A stretch of DNA of 64,000 nucleotides from an uncultured Thermodesulfobacteriota bacterium (GTDB lineage Bacteria; Desulfobacterota; B13-G15), in contig CAZSWV010000003.1 in NCBI GenBank assembly GCA_964611295.1, positions 6,449-70,448 of the forward strand, written 5' to 3'. A model generated the notes under the pieces. The model searched no databases, was not told where the DNA came from, and worked only from the letters and a program-made list of their open reading frames with translations. The position numbers and the translations under genes are program-made. Shown piece by piece: positions 38,519-48,881 of the stretch. Positions within the stretch are counted from its first letter, which is position 1. Each line of letters opens with the position of its first letter.

Positions 38519-39188
38519 TAAGCTAAAGGCCCTTCAACGACAATTGGCCTCAAAGGTGAGGCTTGAACCCTTCAGCGGACCGTTGGGTTTCATCGGCGGG
38601 GCCGATGTGGCCTATGTGGGTCCGTGGGCCATCGGTGTGGTCGTGGTAATGCGGTGGCCAGATCTCCAATTAATAGACATGGGAAGGGCTGTTGAGCTTG
38701 TATCCTTTCCCTATGTGCCCGGCTTCCTCTCCTTCAGGGAGGTATCTGTTCTGGTGGAGGCCTACTATGCGACAGTTAAGCGGCCCGAGTTGCTCCTTGT
38801 CGACGGACAGGGGATAGCCCACCCTCGTGGGATAGGCTTGGCGAGCCATTTGGGGGTGATGCTTGGGATCAGGACAATAGGTTGCGCTAAGGAGGTCCTC
38901 ATAGGAAAGGCAAACCCTCCTGGGAGAAAAAGGGGGGCTTATTCCCCACTAGTCTTTGAAGGGAAGACCATCGGTGTGCTTTTGAGGACAAAGGAGAGTG
39001 TGAAACCTATATGCGTTTCACCTGGCCATAGGATAGACCTTTGGGGATCCATTAGGTGGACCTTGGAAAGCACAAGGGGGGCAAGGTTGCCCGAACCCAT
39101 CAGAATGGCTCATCAGCTTGCTCAGATGTCGAAAGCCCTTTTTCTGAAGGCAGAAGCCCCAGGCCCAGTAGGACCCCGCAGACGATAA
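38493..39188 (+). CDS. nfi: endonuclease V (deoxyinosine 3' endonuclease)
   Basis: GADVAY, YVPGFLSFRE and LLLVDGQGIAHPRGIGLASHLGV match Nfi catalytic motifs. Confidence 0.8.
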   Translation: MDLPSSYVDKLKALQRQLASKVRLEPFSGPLGFIGGADVAYVGPWAIGVVVVMRWPDLQLIDMGRAVELVSFPYVPGFLSFREVSVLVEAYYATVKRPELLLVDGQGIAHPRGIGLASHLGVMLGIRTIGCAKEVLIGKANPPGRKRGAYSPLVFEGKTIGVLLRTKESVKPICVSPGHRIDLWGSIRWTLESTRGARLPEPIRMAHQLAQMSKALFLKAEAPGPVGPRRR

Positions 39189-39729
39189 AGGCTGCAGCCA
39201 GCAAGAAGGTCTTCCTGAAACCGAAGACATCGGAAAGCATGCCGCCGGTCACCGGACCTATGATCCACCCCAAATTCCAAGCGGTGTTATAAACCCCAAG
39301 GGCCGCTCCTCTTTTTTCCTGCGGCACAAGGTCCGCCACCAAGGCGTTTGCAGACGTCCCCATTGCACCCCAAGCGGTCCCTTCAAGCAACATCACTAAG
39401 AACATGTGCTCCGCTTTGGCCACGAAGGCAAAGCCACTAAAAACCAACACAAAGGCAGACATGGCCCCCAAAAGCACGGGTTTCCTTCCTATGCGGTCGG
39501 CCAACCTCCCAAACAAAGGCGAAGCTATAGCACCAGCCAAAGCCCCTACTGTATAAAGGAGACCTATCTGGCTCTTCTTGAATCCAAGATCGGCCATGTA
39601 AAGGGAGAGAATTGTGTAAACGATCCCAGAACAGACAAGTAAGGGAAAGATGGCCACACACACCAATACCACATGGCGCATGACATCCCCCTTTTTACAA
39701 GACAAAAGGATAGAGAGAACGGATGGCAA
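39100..39729 (-). CDS. MFS transporter N-terminal half only (6 TM), possibly truncated / pseudogene remnant
   Basis: GRLADRIGRKPVL MFS loop motif and six predicted helices, then a stop. No continuation in any frame. The 3' end overlaps the nfi 3' end convergently by about 89 nt. Confidence 0.45.
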   Translation of the reverse strand: MPSVLSILLSCKKGDVMRHVVLVCVAIFPLLVCSGIVYTILSLYMADLGFKKSQIGLLYTVGALAGAIASPLFGRLADRIGRKPVLLGAMSAFVLVFSGFAFVAKAEHMFLVMLLEGTAWGAMGTSANALVADLVPQEKRGAALGVYNTAWNLGWIIGPVTGGMLSDVFGFRKTFLLAAAFIVCGVLLGLGLLPSEKGLSTSEQADEPF

Positions 39730-39875
39730 ACTGCAGACTAATCATAGGACACCTTTTTAGAAATTAAACAGTGGAACCCACCCCTTCAAGTGAACGTCCT
39801 TTTTGCCGTGTATCTAAGGGTTGAAAAGGCGGAAACTAAGGCTATAGTGTCAAGCAAAAAGGAAGGAGGCAAAGA

Positions 39876-40088
39876 ATGCCAGAAGGCAAGGTGGCTAGGG
39901 TGACGCATATCATCGCGAGCTCCCCTAAGGGCTTTGAGGACGCCATACAGGTAGGGTTCAAGAGGGCTATAAAAACCCTAAGGGGGATCACCGGCCTTAG
40001 GGTTAAAGAGCTCGAGGTGGTGGTCGATGGCGATAAGATCGCTGAATACAGGGTCGAGTTGGAGGTCGTCTTTCTTTTAGAGGATTAA
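39876..40088 (+). CDS. dodecin family flavin-binding protein
   Basis: 70 aa. GKVARVTHIIASSPKGFEDAIQVGFKRA...ELEVVFLLED matches the dodecin fold. RBS GGAAGGAGG. Confidence 0.75.
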   Translation: MPEGKVARVTHIIASSPKGFEDAIQVGFKRAIKTLRGITGLRVKELEVVVDGDKIAEYRVELEVVFLLED

Positions 40089-40504
40089 GGAGAAGGGGAC
40101 TCCTTTCCCACTATCATCATCGTCCCTTTTCCTTCGGCAGCAACGGTACCATCAGGCAGAAGGGCCATGGTCTTTATGAACAAGAGCCCCTTTCTCTGCC
40201 CCTCGAGTTCCCCTTTGAAAAGCAAGGGCGTACCAATAGGTACAGGCTTCCTATACCTTACCTCGAGCCTGGCGGTTAGGGCCTTGTAACCTAAAAACCG
40301 CGAGGTCCAGCCCAAGAGTTCATCAAACAGGAGGCTGATGACCCCTCCATGGAGGTACTTATTCCACCCCCTGAAGGTTCCTTCTGCCACGAACTCAAAC
40401 TCCGCCCCTTTATCCCATCGTCTGACCGAAAGCCTAAAGCCTCGTGGATTCTCTTGACCGCAAACAAAGCAGGTCCCATCCTTAACTAATTCTCCTGCTT
40501 GCAC
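40085..40504 (-). CDS. PaaI-family hotdog-fold thioesterase
   Basis: 139 aa. LHGGVISLLFDELLG motif typical of PaaI/YbgC-like thioesterases. Confidence 0.75.
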   Translation of the reverse strand: MQAGELVKDGTCFVCGQENPRGFRLSVRRWDKGAEFEFVAEGTFRGWNKYLHGGVISLLFDELLGWTSRFLGYKALTARLEVRYRKPVPIGTPLLFKGELEGQRKGLLFIKTMALLPDGTVAAEGKGTMMIVGKESPSP

Positions 40505-41268
40505 TTGAAGCCCTCCAATAAGGATTTAGCGGCCTCCAAGGCCTTAAGCGCCTTTGCCTCCTCATAGACCTCCACAGTGAAGATCAGGGCGTCCTTTCCG
40601 GGTAAAAGGGGTAAAAGTCCCAGGAAGTCAATCCTCCCTTCTCCTGGAGGGAGATGTTCGTCTTTTGAGCCGTGGTTGTCATGTAAGTGCACCTCAAGAA
40701 GCCTATCGGAGAAGGCCTCCATCCAATTTCCCAAATCGGAATTTGCAAAGGTAAACCAGTGCCCTAAGTCGAAACAAAAACCAAAGGGAAGACCGATGCC
40801 CTCAAAAAGCCCCTTTAAGACCTCAGGGCCTTCCTCGAATACGTTCTCAAGGGAAATCACTAGGCCGAGTTGCTCTGCCCTCCTTCCCACTAAGTACCAG
40901 GTCTCCTGGGCCCTTTTCACCCATTCTTCAAGGTACTCTTTATGGACCACGGGCATATAACCAGGATGGAAGACCACGTTAAGGGGGGAAAACCACACCG
41001 CCGTTTCCAGGAGTTTGTAAAAACGCCTAAGGGTCAAACGCCTTACCTCTGGGTCAATAGCCCCTGGTGAGAGGTCTGAATAGGGGGCATGGACCGTACA
41101 GGTTAGCCCTTTTTTAAAAAGGGCCCTACAAAGGGGTTTCAGCTCCTTAAGGTCTAGCCCTTCGAGGGTCTCAGCATCAAAGTACACCTCTGGACTTATC
41201 CCATGTGATAGGACCTCCTCAATGCGTTCCTTTAGGAGGAAGTAAGGTATGGACAGGTGGATCCTCAT
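40486..41268 (-). CDS. sugar phosphate isomerase/epimerase (xylose-isomerase-like TIM barrel)
   Basis: 260 aa with an AP-endonuclease-2 / xylose isomerase-like TIM pattern: HAPY, LENV, HLHDN. Confidence 0.6.
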   Translation of the reverse strand: MRIHLSIPYFLLKERIEEVLSHGISPEVYFDAETLEGLDLKELKPLCRALFKKGLTCTVHAPYSDLSPGAIDPEVRRLTLRRFYKLLETAVWFSPLNVVFHPGYMPVVHKEYLEEWVKRAQETWYLVGRRAEQLGLVISLENVFEEGPEVLKGLFEGIGLPFGFCFDLGHWFTFANSDLGNWMEAFSDRLLEVHLHDNHGSKDEHLPPGEGRIDFLGLLPLLPGKDALIFTVEVYEEAKALKALEAAKSLLEGFKCKQEN

Positions 41269-42257
41269 CTGTTCTTGGCCCTTTTACCCCTCTTCAGTTT
41301 CGGCCTTATCTCTTCGAAAAGCAAGATATCCTTTGAGCGTATGAGGGTCCTCAGCCTCTCGATGGCCTCGGCTTCTATCTGCCTTATACGCTCCCGGGTT
41401 ATACCATAGGCCCTACCGATGGCTTCAAGTGTCTTTGGTTCTCCATCCAGGAGCCCAAAACGTAGCTCTATGACCCTACGCTGTTGGGGTGTAAGTAGCT
41501 TAAGCCAAGAATCCAATAGTTTTACGAGTTCCATGTATTCGGTAAGGGAAAAAGGACTCCTCGTCTCTGATCTCAGTACGTCCTTTATGGAAAAAGTTTC
41601 CCCCTCATCTTCTGCTAAAGGGGCTTCTATTGAGCTAACCCTTAAGACGGCTTGCATCAAACGTTCCACCTCTTCGCGGCTCATCCCTACTTCGGCTGCT
41701 ACCTCTTCAGGGGTGGGTTCCCTCTGTAAGTCCTGCCCCAAGTGCCTTATAGCCCTGAGGACCCTCCTCAGTTCACTGGAGACATGTGTAGGTACCCGTA
41801 CGGACTTGCTCTGGCTCACAATCGCCCTCTCTATGGCCTGGCGGATCCACAAGGTGGCATAAGTGGAAAAACGACAACCCTTGTGGGGATCGAACTTTTC
41901 CACCGCCTTTATGAGGCCAATGTTACCTTCCTCTATAAGGTCCAGTAGAGGAAGCCCCTGCCCTACATATCTTTTTGCTATGGTCAGGACAAGTCGGAGG
42001 TTTGCCTCTATAATCCTCCGCCGGGCCTGTTGGTCGCCTCGGGAGGCCCTTTCGGCCAATTCCTTTTCCTCCTCAGGGGTCAGGAGGGGGTAGCGCCTGA
42101 CCTGTTCCAGGTAAAGCTTCAATAAGCGGTCATCGTACCTAGCATCTTCATCGGATCTATGGCCTTCGCCCCATTCCGGATCTCGAAGTGTAAATGAGGA
42201 GTCGTAGCGTTCCCCGTCCTTCCCACCCGGGCGATCACTTCGCCCCTTTCTACCCAC
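41265..42257 (-). CDS. RNA polymerase sigma factor, group 2 (RpoS/RpoD-like) downstream of nlpD
   Basis: Regions 1.2-4.2 are present ([13 protein letters not shown]; [36 protein letters not shown]; 4.2 [25 protein letters not shown]). The ATG 42257 start overlaps nlpD by 138 nt. An alternative TTG at 42121-42123, overlapping the nlpD stop, would start the protein at region 1.2. Confidence 0.8.
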   Translation of the reverse strand: MGRKGRSDRPGGKDGERYDSSFTLRDPEWGEGHRSDEDARYDDRLLKLYLEQVRRYPLLTPEEEKELAERASRGDQQARRRIIEANLRLVLTIAKRYVGQGLPLLDLIEEGNIGLIKAVEKFDPHKGCRFSTYATLWIRQAIERAIVSQSKSVRVPTHVSSELRRVLRAIRHLGQDLQREPTPEEVAAEVGMSREEVERLMQAVLRVSSIEAPLAEDEGETFSIKDVLRSETRSPFSLTEYMELVKLLDSWLKLLTPQQRRVIELRFGLLDGEPKTLEAIGRAYGITRERIRQIEAEAIERLRTLIRSKDILLFEEIRPKLKRGKRAKNR

Positions 42258-42769
42258 TGCCCCTCCCTCACAAGGTTTACTAAGTTATGGGCGTAAACTG
42301 TGTAAAACCCCCCAGAATGCTCAAGGACCACCACATTGCCATACCCTCTGAGGACGCCGCTGAAGACCACCTTCCCCTTCATAGCAGCCCTTATGGGGGT
42401 CCCAAGGGGGGCCAAAATGTCGACCCCGCAATGTCTTGCTTCCCCCTCTGAAAAACCGCGACTTATCATGCCCAAAACAGGCCAAAGGAACTGAGGCTCC
42501 TCTTCAAGGACACGAGACGGAGGGAGGGCTACCTCTAACACCTCTTTGGCCCCTGGTATAAAGATCCTCTGGCCCACATGGACCTTGGTTGGATCATGGA
42601 GACCGTTTAGCCTGGCTACCTCTTCCAAGTTGACCCCATAAGCCTTACATATGCGCCAAAGGGTCTCACCCGGTTTAACCGTATGATATACCCCTCTTGG
42701 TTCAACCTTTATAACCCTTGGGGCACAGGCTAATAGGGCAAGGAGCAAAAAGACCAGATAAAAGGTCAT
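42119..42769 (-). CDS. nlpD: LysM-M23 peptidase lipoprotein (NlpD-like)
   Basis: Lipobox LLACA, LysM ([18 protein letters not shown]) and M23 HxxxD/HLHFE motifs. Confidence 0.8.
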   Translation of the reverse strand: MTFYLVFLLLALLACAPRVIKVEPRGVYHTVKPGETLWRICKAYGVNLEEVARLNGLHDPTKVHVGQRIFIPGAKEVLEVALPPSRVLEEEPQFLWPVLGMISRGFSEGEARHCGVDILAPLGTPIRAAMKGKVVFSGVLRGYGNVVVLEHSGGFYTVYAHNLVNLVREGQWVERGEVIARVGRTGNATTPHLHFEIRNGAKAIDPMKMLGTMTAY

Positions 42770-43227
42770 CTGCCCTCCAACATCTTTAGAAGCATCTGCA
42801 CTGCCTCTTCCGGACCTTGGGCCTGAGGAAGGAGACCGTCCAAAGCGAAGCTCTTAAGGGACACGACGGGCTTTGAGGTCTTCAAGGCGATGGCGATCTC
42901 CGAAAGGGTCCCCGGTCCTCCTGATATGGCAATGAGGCCATCGGAACTGTGGACGATTATGACGTTTCTCGCGTGACCCATATCGGTGGCAATGACCACA
43001 TCCACCCACCTATTAGCTGCATCCTTGGAAGGCCCTGGCAGTATCCCCACTGTCAACCCACCGGCTTCCTTTGCCCCCCTACAGGCGGCCTCCATCACAC
43101 CACCAAGCCCTCCGCAGACCAAAATGTGCCCCAATCGGGCTATTTCCCTCCCCACCCTTAAGGCAAGTTCGTAGATCTCCTCCGAACAACTTCCAGCCCC
43201 TATAACCCCTATTTGTCGTCTTTCCAT
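42766..43227 (-). CDS. TIGR00725-family Rossmann-fold protein (LOG/DprA-like)
   Basis: 153 aa with GVIGAGS...VCGGLGGVMEAACRGA...SGGPGTLSE pattern. Confidence 0.5.
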   Translation of the reverse strand: MERRQIGVIGAGSCSEEIYELALRVGREIARLGHILVCGGLGGVMEAACRGAKEAGGLTVGILPGPSKDAANRWVDVVIATDMGHARNVIIVHSSDGLIAISGGPGTLSEIAIALKTSKPVVSLKSFALDGLLPQAQGPEEAVQMLLKMLEGR

Positions 43228-43850
43228 CCTTCCTTCCCTATGAGTTTGACAAACCTACAAGGTCCGAGGTCTTCGCGCTTGTACCCATTGCTTAAGGCGG
43301 TTATACGGAAAAGCCTCTCCTGTCCATTTACGATCACAGGTATCACCATCTTGCCGCCTTCTTTGAGCTGGCTCAGCAGAGGCGAAGGAACTTGAGGGGC
43401 TGAAGCGCTAACCACGATCTTATCAAAAGGGGCCTCTTCAGGCCACCCCACGCTCCCATCCCCTACCTTTATCAGGACTTTCTCATATCCAAGGGCATCC
43501 AAAAGCCTCCTAGCCCTTTGTGCCAACTCGGGGATCCTTTCTACAGAAAAGACCCTCTGACAAAGTTCGGCCAAAAGGGCAGTCATATAGCCTGAACCCG
43601 TCCCTATTTCGAGGACCTTATTCCCCTCCTCGAGCTCTAAGGCCTCAAGCATCAAGGCTACAGTATAGGGCTGGGATATGGTTTGACCATATCCTATGGG
43701 CAAGGCCAAATCGAGATATGCTTTATCGGCCAAGGCCTCGGGCACAAACAGATGCCTCGGTACCTTAGACATAGCTTTTATTACCCTCCAATCCTTGATC
43801 CCTCTGGATAGGAGCTGCTCTTGTACCATCCTCCTGAGCGGTCCCCTCAT
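43209..43850 (-). CDS. pcm: protein-L-isoaspartate O-methyltransferase
   Basis: VPRHLFVP; SQPYTVALMLEALEL; VLEIGTGSGY SAM motif. Confidence 0.85.
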   Translation of the reverse strand: MRGPLRRMVQEQLLSRGIKDWRVIKAMSKVPRHLFVPEALADKAYLDLALPIGYGQTISQPYTVALMLEALELEEGNKVLEIGTGSGYMTALLAELCQRVFSVERIPELAQRARRLLDALGYEKVLIKVGDGSVGWPEEAPFDKIVVSASAPQVPSPLLSQLKEGGKMVIPVIVNGQERLFRITALSNGYKREDLGPCRFVKLIGKEGWKDDK

Positions 43851-46408
43851 CCCTCAAGCTGTTTCCATCTGAAAAGGAGTTTCAGGGCCTCAAGAGGCGT
43901 TAGATAATTGGGATCTATAGACCTTAACTCCTCCAGGACCTTCGAGCGAGGCTGGTGGAAAAGGGAAAGCTGGAGGTCCTTTTTGCCCATCAGTGTCCCT
44001 TCCTGGGCCCTCCTTTCGAGTTCCTTGAGGACTTCCTTTGCCCTTTGGAGGACAACCTCCGGCAAACCGGCCAGTTTGGCCACCTGGATCCCATAGCTCT
44101 TGCTCATCCCCCCTGGCCTCAGTTCCCTAAGGAAGACGACCTCGCCCCGATATTCCTTGACGGCAATATGGTAGTTCTTGACCCTGGGCAATAACGATTC
44201 CAACTCCACAAGCTCGTGGTAATGGGTGGCAAACAAGGTCTTTGAGCGGTTGACGTTGTGTAGATGTTCCACAACCGCCCAGGCTATCGAAATGCCATCG
44301 TAAGTACTTGTGCCTCGTCCTATTTCATCAAGGACCACAAGGCTACGGCACGTGGCCTCCCTTAAGATAGTGGCCGTCTCCTTCATCTCCACCATGAAGG
44401 TGCTTTGTCCTCGGGCGATGTCGTCCGAAGCCCCTATCCGTGAGAAGATCCTATCGGTCAAGGCAATTTTGGCCTCTTTAGCGGGGACAAAAGACCCCAT
44501 GTGGGCCATCAAGACGATCAAGGCTACTTGTCGGATATATGTGGATTTCCCCGCCATGTTCGGCCCGGTGATTATTAGGACCTGGTTATCCCTGAGGTCA
44601 AGCCTTGCGTCATTCGGTACAAAAGGCTCAGAGATGGACCTTTCGATCACAGGATGCCTTCCCTCGATTATCACGATCTCATCGCCTTCGTGCACTTCGG
44701 GCCTAACGTAATGGTTCCTTGAAGCCGCTTCTGCCAGGGATTGAAGTGCGTCAATCACCCCTATCCCCTGGGCGATGAGTTGTAGTTGCCTGAGGTAGCC
44801 CAAAGCACGTTCCCGTATCTCGGAAAAAAGCTCACGCTCAAGCCCCCTGATCCTTTCTTCAGCGCTCAAGACTTTCTCCTCGTATTCCTTCAGTTCGGCT
44901 GTAACGAAGCGCTCAGCACCTACTAAGGTCTGTTTCCTTACGTAGTCCTTGGGCACAAGATGGAGGTTTGACCTGGTCACCTCTATGTAGTAACCGAAGA
45001 CCTGGTTATACCCCACGCGAAGGTTTTGAATGCCAGTCCTTTGTCTTTCCCTTTCTTCCAGTTCGGCTATCCACCTTTTGGCATTGCGGCTCAGGTTCCG
45101 CAGTTCATCAAGCTCTTGGTTATACCCTTCCCTTATTATCCCTCCCTCTGATAGGGATTGGGGCGGATCGTCCACAAGGGCCTTCTGTAGAAGCTCAAGG
45201 AGCTCCTGAGGGACTTTTAGGGAAGACCTCGTCCTTACCAAAAGGGGTGAGGAAAACCCCTCCAATAGCCGGGCGATTTCGGGTATCTTGCTGAGGGCTT
45301 CCCTAAGCAAGCCAAGATCCCTTGGGGTTGTCCTGTTTAAGGCCAATCGCGAACAAAGCCTTTCGAGGTCCACTAAGCCCTTGAGCGCTTCCCTCAACTT
45401 GGATCGTTCCCAAGGGCTTTCCTTCAACTCCTCAACGGCCTCTTGCCTCTCCCTTATCGCCCCGAGGTCCAAAAGCGGATAAAGGAGCCAATGCCTTAAC
45501 TTCCTCTTGCCTATGGATGTCACCGTAAAGTCCAGGACCGAAAGGAGGGTCGGGGCTCCTCTTTGGGATTGCACTAGCTCTAGATTCCTCTGCGTAGTCT
45601 CATCTATCACCAGAAATTCCCTGAGCTCATAGGACTCAAAAGGCCTTATGTGTAAAGGCTCGCCCCCTTGTGTGGTTTGGACATACCTTAGGACCGCAGA
45701 AGCCGCACGTTTAAGCCCTGAAGGTATAGCCTCAGGTAGGAAAGGGTCCTCGAGTTCTGAAAAATCCCCTTCTGGCAGAAATTCTATAAGGACCCGCTCG
45801 AGCTCCTTTGACAACCACCCCCTTAGTAACTCCTCGCCTTCTGGCAGTAAGATCTCCCTTGGCGAGTTTCTCTTCAACTCCGCCAGAAGAAGCCCTTCCT
45901 CTTCTATAAGGGTCCCACGGAACTCACCTGTGGAAAGGTCGAAGAACACAAGTCCGTATTTGCCGCCTTGGGGGTAAAGGGAAGCAAGGTAGTTGTTACC
46001 TTCTGGCAGGTTCTCCTCTTCTACCACCATCCCCGGGGTTATAACCCTCACTACCTCCCTTTTCACAATTCCCTTTGCCTGTCGAGGATCCTCTACCTGT
46101 TCGCATATAGCTACCTTATACCCATGGTCCAGAAGTTTGGATATGTAAGAAGCAGCCGCCTTCATAGGTACCCCGCACATGGGGATGGGGTTTTCCTTGC
46201 CCTTTTCGCGGGTGGTCAAGGCTATGTCCAAGACACGGGAGGCCGTAATAGCGTCTTCGAAGAACATTTCGTAGAAATCACCCATCTGGAAAAAGAGGAT
46301 ACAATCGGGAAAGCGGGCCTTAAGCTCTAGGTACTGCCTCATTGCGGGGGTGAGTTCTTCCCCCTGTACTCCTTTTAGCACCTCAAAACCCATGGAAGGC
46401 AAAGACAA
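43847..46408 (-). CDS. mutS: DNA mismatch repair protein MutS
   Basis: 853 aa with GPNMAGKST Walker A, DEIGRGTSTYDG, and mismatch-binding N-terminal domain. Confidence 0.9.
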   Translation of the reverse strand: MSLPSMGFEVLKGVQGEELTPAMRQYLELKARFPDCILFFQMGDFYEMFFEDAITASRVLDIALTTREKGKENPIPMCGVPMKAAASYISKLLDHGYKVAICEQVEDPRQAKGIVKREVVRVITPGMVVEEENLPEGNNYLASLYPQGGKYGLVFFDLSTGEFRGTLIEEEGLLLAELKRNSPREILLPEGEELLRGWLSKELERVLIEFLPEGDFSELEDPFLPEAIPSGLKRAASAVLRYVQTTQGGEPLHIRPFESYELREFLVIDETTQRNLELVQSQRGAPTLLSVLDFTVTSIGKRKLRHWLLYPLLDLGAIRERQEAVEELKESPWERSKLREALKGLVDLERLCSRLALNRTTPRDLGLLREALSKIPEIARLLEGFSSPLLVRTRSSLKVPQELLELLQKALVDDPPQSLSEGGIIREGYNQELDELRNLSRNAKRWIAELEERERQRTGIQNLRVGYNQVFGYYIEVTRSNLHLVPKDYVRKQTLVGAERFVTAELKEYEEKVLSAEERIRGLERELFSEIRERALGYLRQLQLIAQGIGVIDALQSLAEAASRNHYVRPEVHEGDEIVIIEGRHPVIERSISEPFVPNDARLDLRDNQVLIITGPNMAGKSTYIRQVALIVLMAHMGSFVPAKEAKIALTDRIFSRIGASDDIARGQSTFMVEMKETATILREATCRSLVVLDEIGRGTSTYDGISIAWAVVEHLHNVNRSKTLFATHYHELVELESLLPRVKNYHIAVKEYRGEVVFLRELRPGGMSKSYGIQVAKLAGLPEVVLQRAKEVLKELERRAQEGTLMGKKDLQLSLFHQPRSKVLEELRSIDPNYLTPLEALKLLFRWKQLEG

Positions 46409-46468
46409 TCTACCACAAACCCCAAGCCTTAAAAAGACGCCTTTTGGAAACAGGCCCCTTATATCACA

Positions 46469-47695
46469 TCAGGGCGATTCTGGAGTTGGCGGGTAACCTG
46501 CCTTACGTAAGGCTTCCTCAAGGGCTTCTTTAGGGACTTGGCCTTCAACCCCCACCTTTTTCTCCTTCAGGTCCACTACCACGCGTTCTACCCCTTCTAA
46601 CTGCTTCAAGGTCTCCTCTATACGGGCCTTACAACCCTCGCAGCTCATAGTAGGTACTCGAAATGTGTATCTCATAACCTCTACCTCCCCTCTACTTGCC
46701 TTGGACAGACGTTCCCTCAAAAAAGCCCCTCCTATAACGAGAACGAGCAAAGCCCCTGTGATCCCTTTTAACCAAGGAGGTAAGAACTCGCCACCCGGTT
46801 TGAAGAACTCCGGAACCCCCTCTGCCCATCCCCATAACAGATTCATAACCCAACCCAAGAGGAAGGCCGAACCTATGACCGAGAGCAAATAAGTGGAAAC
46901 CGCCTTCTTGCCGAGGCGCGAGTACACAAAGCCTACGGTCACAGCGTTTGTGGCAGGGCCGGCTATGAGAAACACCAGGGCAGCCCCTGGGGACATCCCC
47001 TTTGCCATCAAGGCGAAGGCGATGGGGATAGACCCTGTAGCGCATACGTAAAGGGGAACCGATACGCCTAATATCGCTAAGAACTCCAGTAATTGACGTT
47101 CCCTGAGGGGTTCAAAGGCCCCTTGGGGAACAAAGGCACCTAAGGCACCGCCTACAAGGACTCCCAAAACCAGCCATTTCCCTATGTCCTTTGGAAGCTC
47201 TACAAAACCGTAACGGAAAGTCTCTAAAAACCTATTGGCATAAGGCCTTTGGGAAAGGTGGCATTTGGCCCCCTTGTCCCTTTCCTCCGGAAATAGAAAA
47301 GATAAAAGGCCCACGGCAAGCCCAGACAGCATGGAGGCAAGGGGTCTGAAGATGGCAAAGAGAGGACCGAGTAGGGAATAAGTAGCCAAAATGGAATCGA
47401 CACCTGTAGTCGGGGTCGAGGTCATGAAGGCAAGGACCGCCCCTTTGGAGGCCCCTTGTTGGTGCAAGGTGGCAGCAACTGGAATCACCCCACATGAACA
47501 AAGGGGCAAAGGTATTCCAAACAAGGTGGCCTTCCACACCGAAGAAAAGGAAGGGTTACCTAGATGCTTGGTAATGAACCCCTCGCGTAAAAAGGCATGG
47601 ATTATACCCCCCATTAACATCCCTAAAAGGAGGTATGGGCTCATCTCCACCCATAGCCTCGTAGAGCCTTTTACTAGCTCGTAAAGGTAATTCAT
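46469..47695 (-). CDS. permease of the ArsP/DUF318 (PF03773-like) family fused to a C-terminal heavy-metal-associated (HMA) domain
   Basis: PLCSCG permease motif and about 8 TM segments. C-terminal MSCEGCKARIE HMA fold. Confidence 0.6.
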   Translation of the reverse strand: MNYLYELVKGSTRLWVEMSPYLLLGMLMGGIIHAFLREGFITKHLGNPSFSSVWKATLFGIPLPLCSCGVIPVAATLHQQGASKGAVLAFMTSTPTTGVDSILATYSLLGPLFAIFRPLASMLSGLAVGLLSFLFPEERDKGAKCHLSQRPYANRFLETFRYGFVELPKDIGKWLVLGVLVGGALGAFVPQGAFEPLRERQLLEFLAILGVSVPLYVCATGSIPIAFALMAKGMSPGAALVFLIAGPATNAVTVGFVYSRLGKKAVSTYLLSVIGSAFLLGWVMNLLWGWAEGVPEFFKPGGEFLPPWLKGITGALLVLVIGGAFLRERLSKASRGEVEVMRYTFRVPTMSCEGCKARIEETLKQLEGVERVVVDLKEKKVGVEGQVPKEALEEALRKAGYPPTPESP

Positions 47696-48138
47696 CCGGA
47701 AAGGACCTCTACTTCGTCTCCTGCCCTAACTTGCCCACCCCTTATGACCCTGGCAAAGACGCCCTCACGCGGCATTATACAATCACCCACCTGCCGGTAG
47801 ATGGCACACCTCGAGTGGCATTCCTTGCCTATCTGGGTCACCTCCAGAATGACCTCACCTACCCTGAGCCTTGTCCCCGGTTTGAGGTCCGATAACCTTA
47901 TACCCCTGATAGTGAGGTTTTCGGCAAAGTCCCCTGGACCCACCTCAAGCCCAAGGCTTCTCATGTAGAGGATACTCTCTTCGGAAAGGAGGCTCACTTG
48001 TCTCGACCCCCCTTTTTCGGCATGGCCATCTCCTATAAGCCCGTAATCTACTTCAAAGGAACCCACCTCAACAGGCCTCTTCTTCGTCCCCTTTTCGGGG
48101 CTGAGACACACTGCCAATACCTCTCCCTTCAGTTTCAC
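47692..48138 (-). CDS. MOSC domain-containing protein
   Basis: 148 aa. Conserved Cys in GKECHSRCAIY and a MOSC beta-barrel pattern. Confidence 0.75.
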   Translation of the reverse strand: MKLKGEVLAVCLSPEKGTKKRPVEVGSFEVDYGLIGDGHAEKGGSRQVSLLSEESILYMRSLGLEVGPGDFAENLTIRGIRLSDLKPGTRLRVGEVILEVTQIGKECHSRCAIYRQVGDCIMPREGVFARVIRGGQVRAGDEVEVLSG

Positions 48139-48878
48139 GCCTTACCTCCACACACTGGACAAAGGGGGTTCCTTTCTACCTTTACCACCGTAAACTCCAT
48201 GGTCTCGGCATTTATCAGCAACAACCTACCTATAAGCGGTTCCCCTATCCCAGCAAGTACCTTTATGGCTTCTGCAACTTCAAGGCTAGACACTACCACA
48301 GGCGTAAATCCAAAGACAGGGAAGGGTCTTGGGCCTTCTATGTCTTTTGGGAAAACACACCGTAAACAAGGACCTTGTCCGGGCAAGACAGTGGTCACCT
48401 GACCCATAAAACCATAGATCCCCCCGTGTACGAAAGGTATGCCAAGCTCTATACAGGCCTTGTTGAGTACAAAACGCGTAGCCATGTTGTCCATGGCATC
48501 GACCACAAGCTGAGCCCCATTTAAAAGTTCAAAAACGTTCTCCTCTGTTATCCTTTCCTCAAAAGCCTTGAATTGGACCGTAGGGTTTAGCCTCTGTAAT
48601 TTCCTCAAGGCAGATTCTACCTTCATCCTCCCGATGTCCTCGTCCCAGTGCAGGAGCTGGCGGTTGAGGTTTGACAGCTCGACCTTGTCGCAGTCTATTA
48701 TGGTGATCCTCCCCACACCAGCTGCCGCAAGCAACATGGAAGCCGTGGATCCCAACCCTCCCACGCCTGCCACAACCACGTGAGCCCCTTTTAACTTCCT
48801 TTGCCCTTCCTCCCCGAAAGAAGGCCAGAGGATCTGCCTACTGTAGCGCTCAAGGTCATAGGGGGTTAGTTCTACCAT
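48135..48878 (-). CDS. ThiF/MoeB-family E1-like adenylyltransferase
   Basis: YSRQIL; GVGGLGS glycine-rich ATP loop; CLRC...CPVC zinc motif. Confidence 0.8.
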   Translation of the reverse strand: MVELTPYDLERYSRQILWPSFGEEGQRKLKGAHVVVAGVGGLGSTASMLLAAAGVGRITIIDCDKVELSNLNRQLLHWDEDIGRMKVESALRKLQRLNPTVQFKAFEERITEENVFELLNGAQLVVDAMDNMATRFVLNKACIELGIPFVHGGIYGFMGQVTTVLPGQGPCLRCVFPKDIEGPRPFPVFGFTPVVVSSLEVAEAIKVLAGIGEPLIGRLLLINAETMEFTVVKVERNPLCPVCGGKA

Positions 48879-48881
48879 CTC

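Noticed and set aside
39730-39875. 146-nt leader upstream of dodecin as a possible FMN riboswitch
   Set aside because: I could not find the conserved FMN-element stems or sequence blocks. It is likely just a promoter/UTR.
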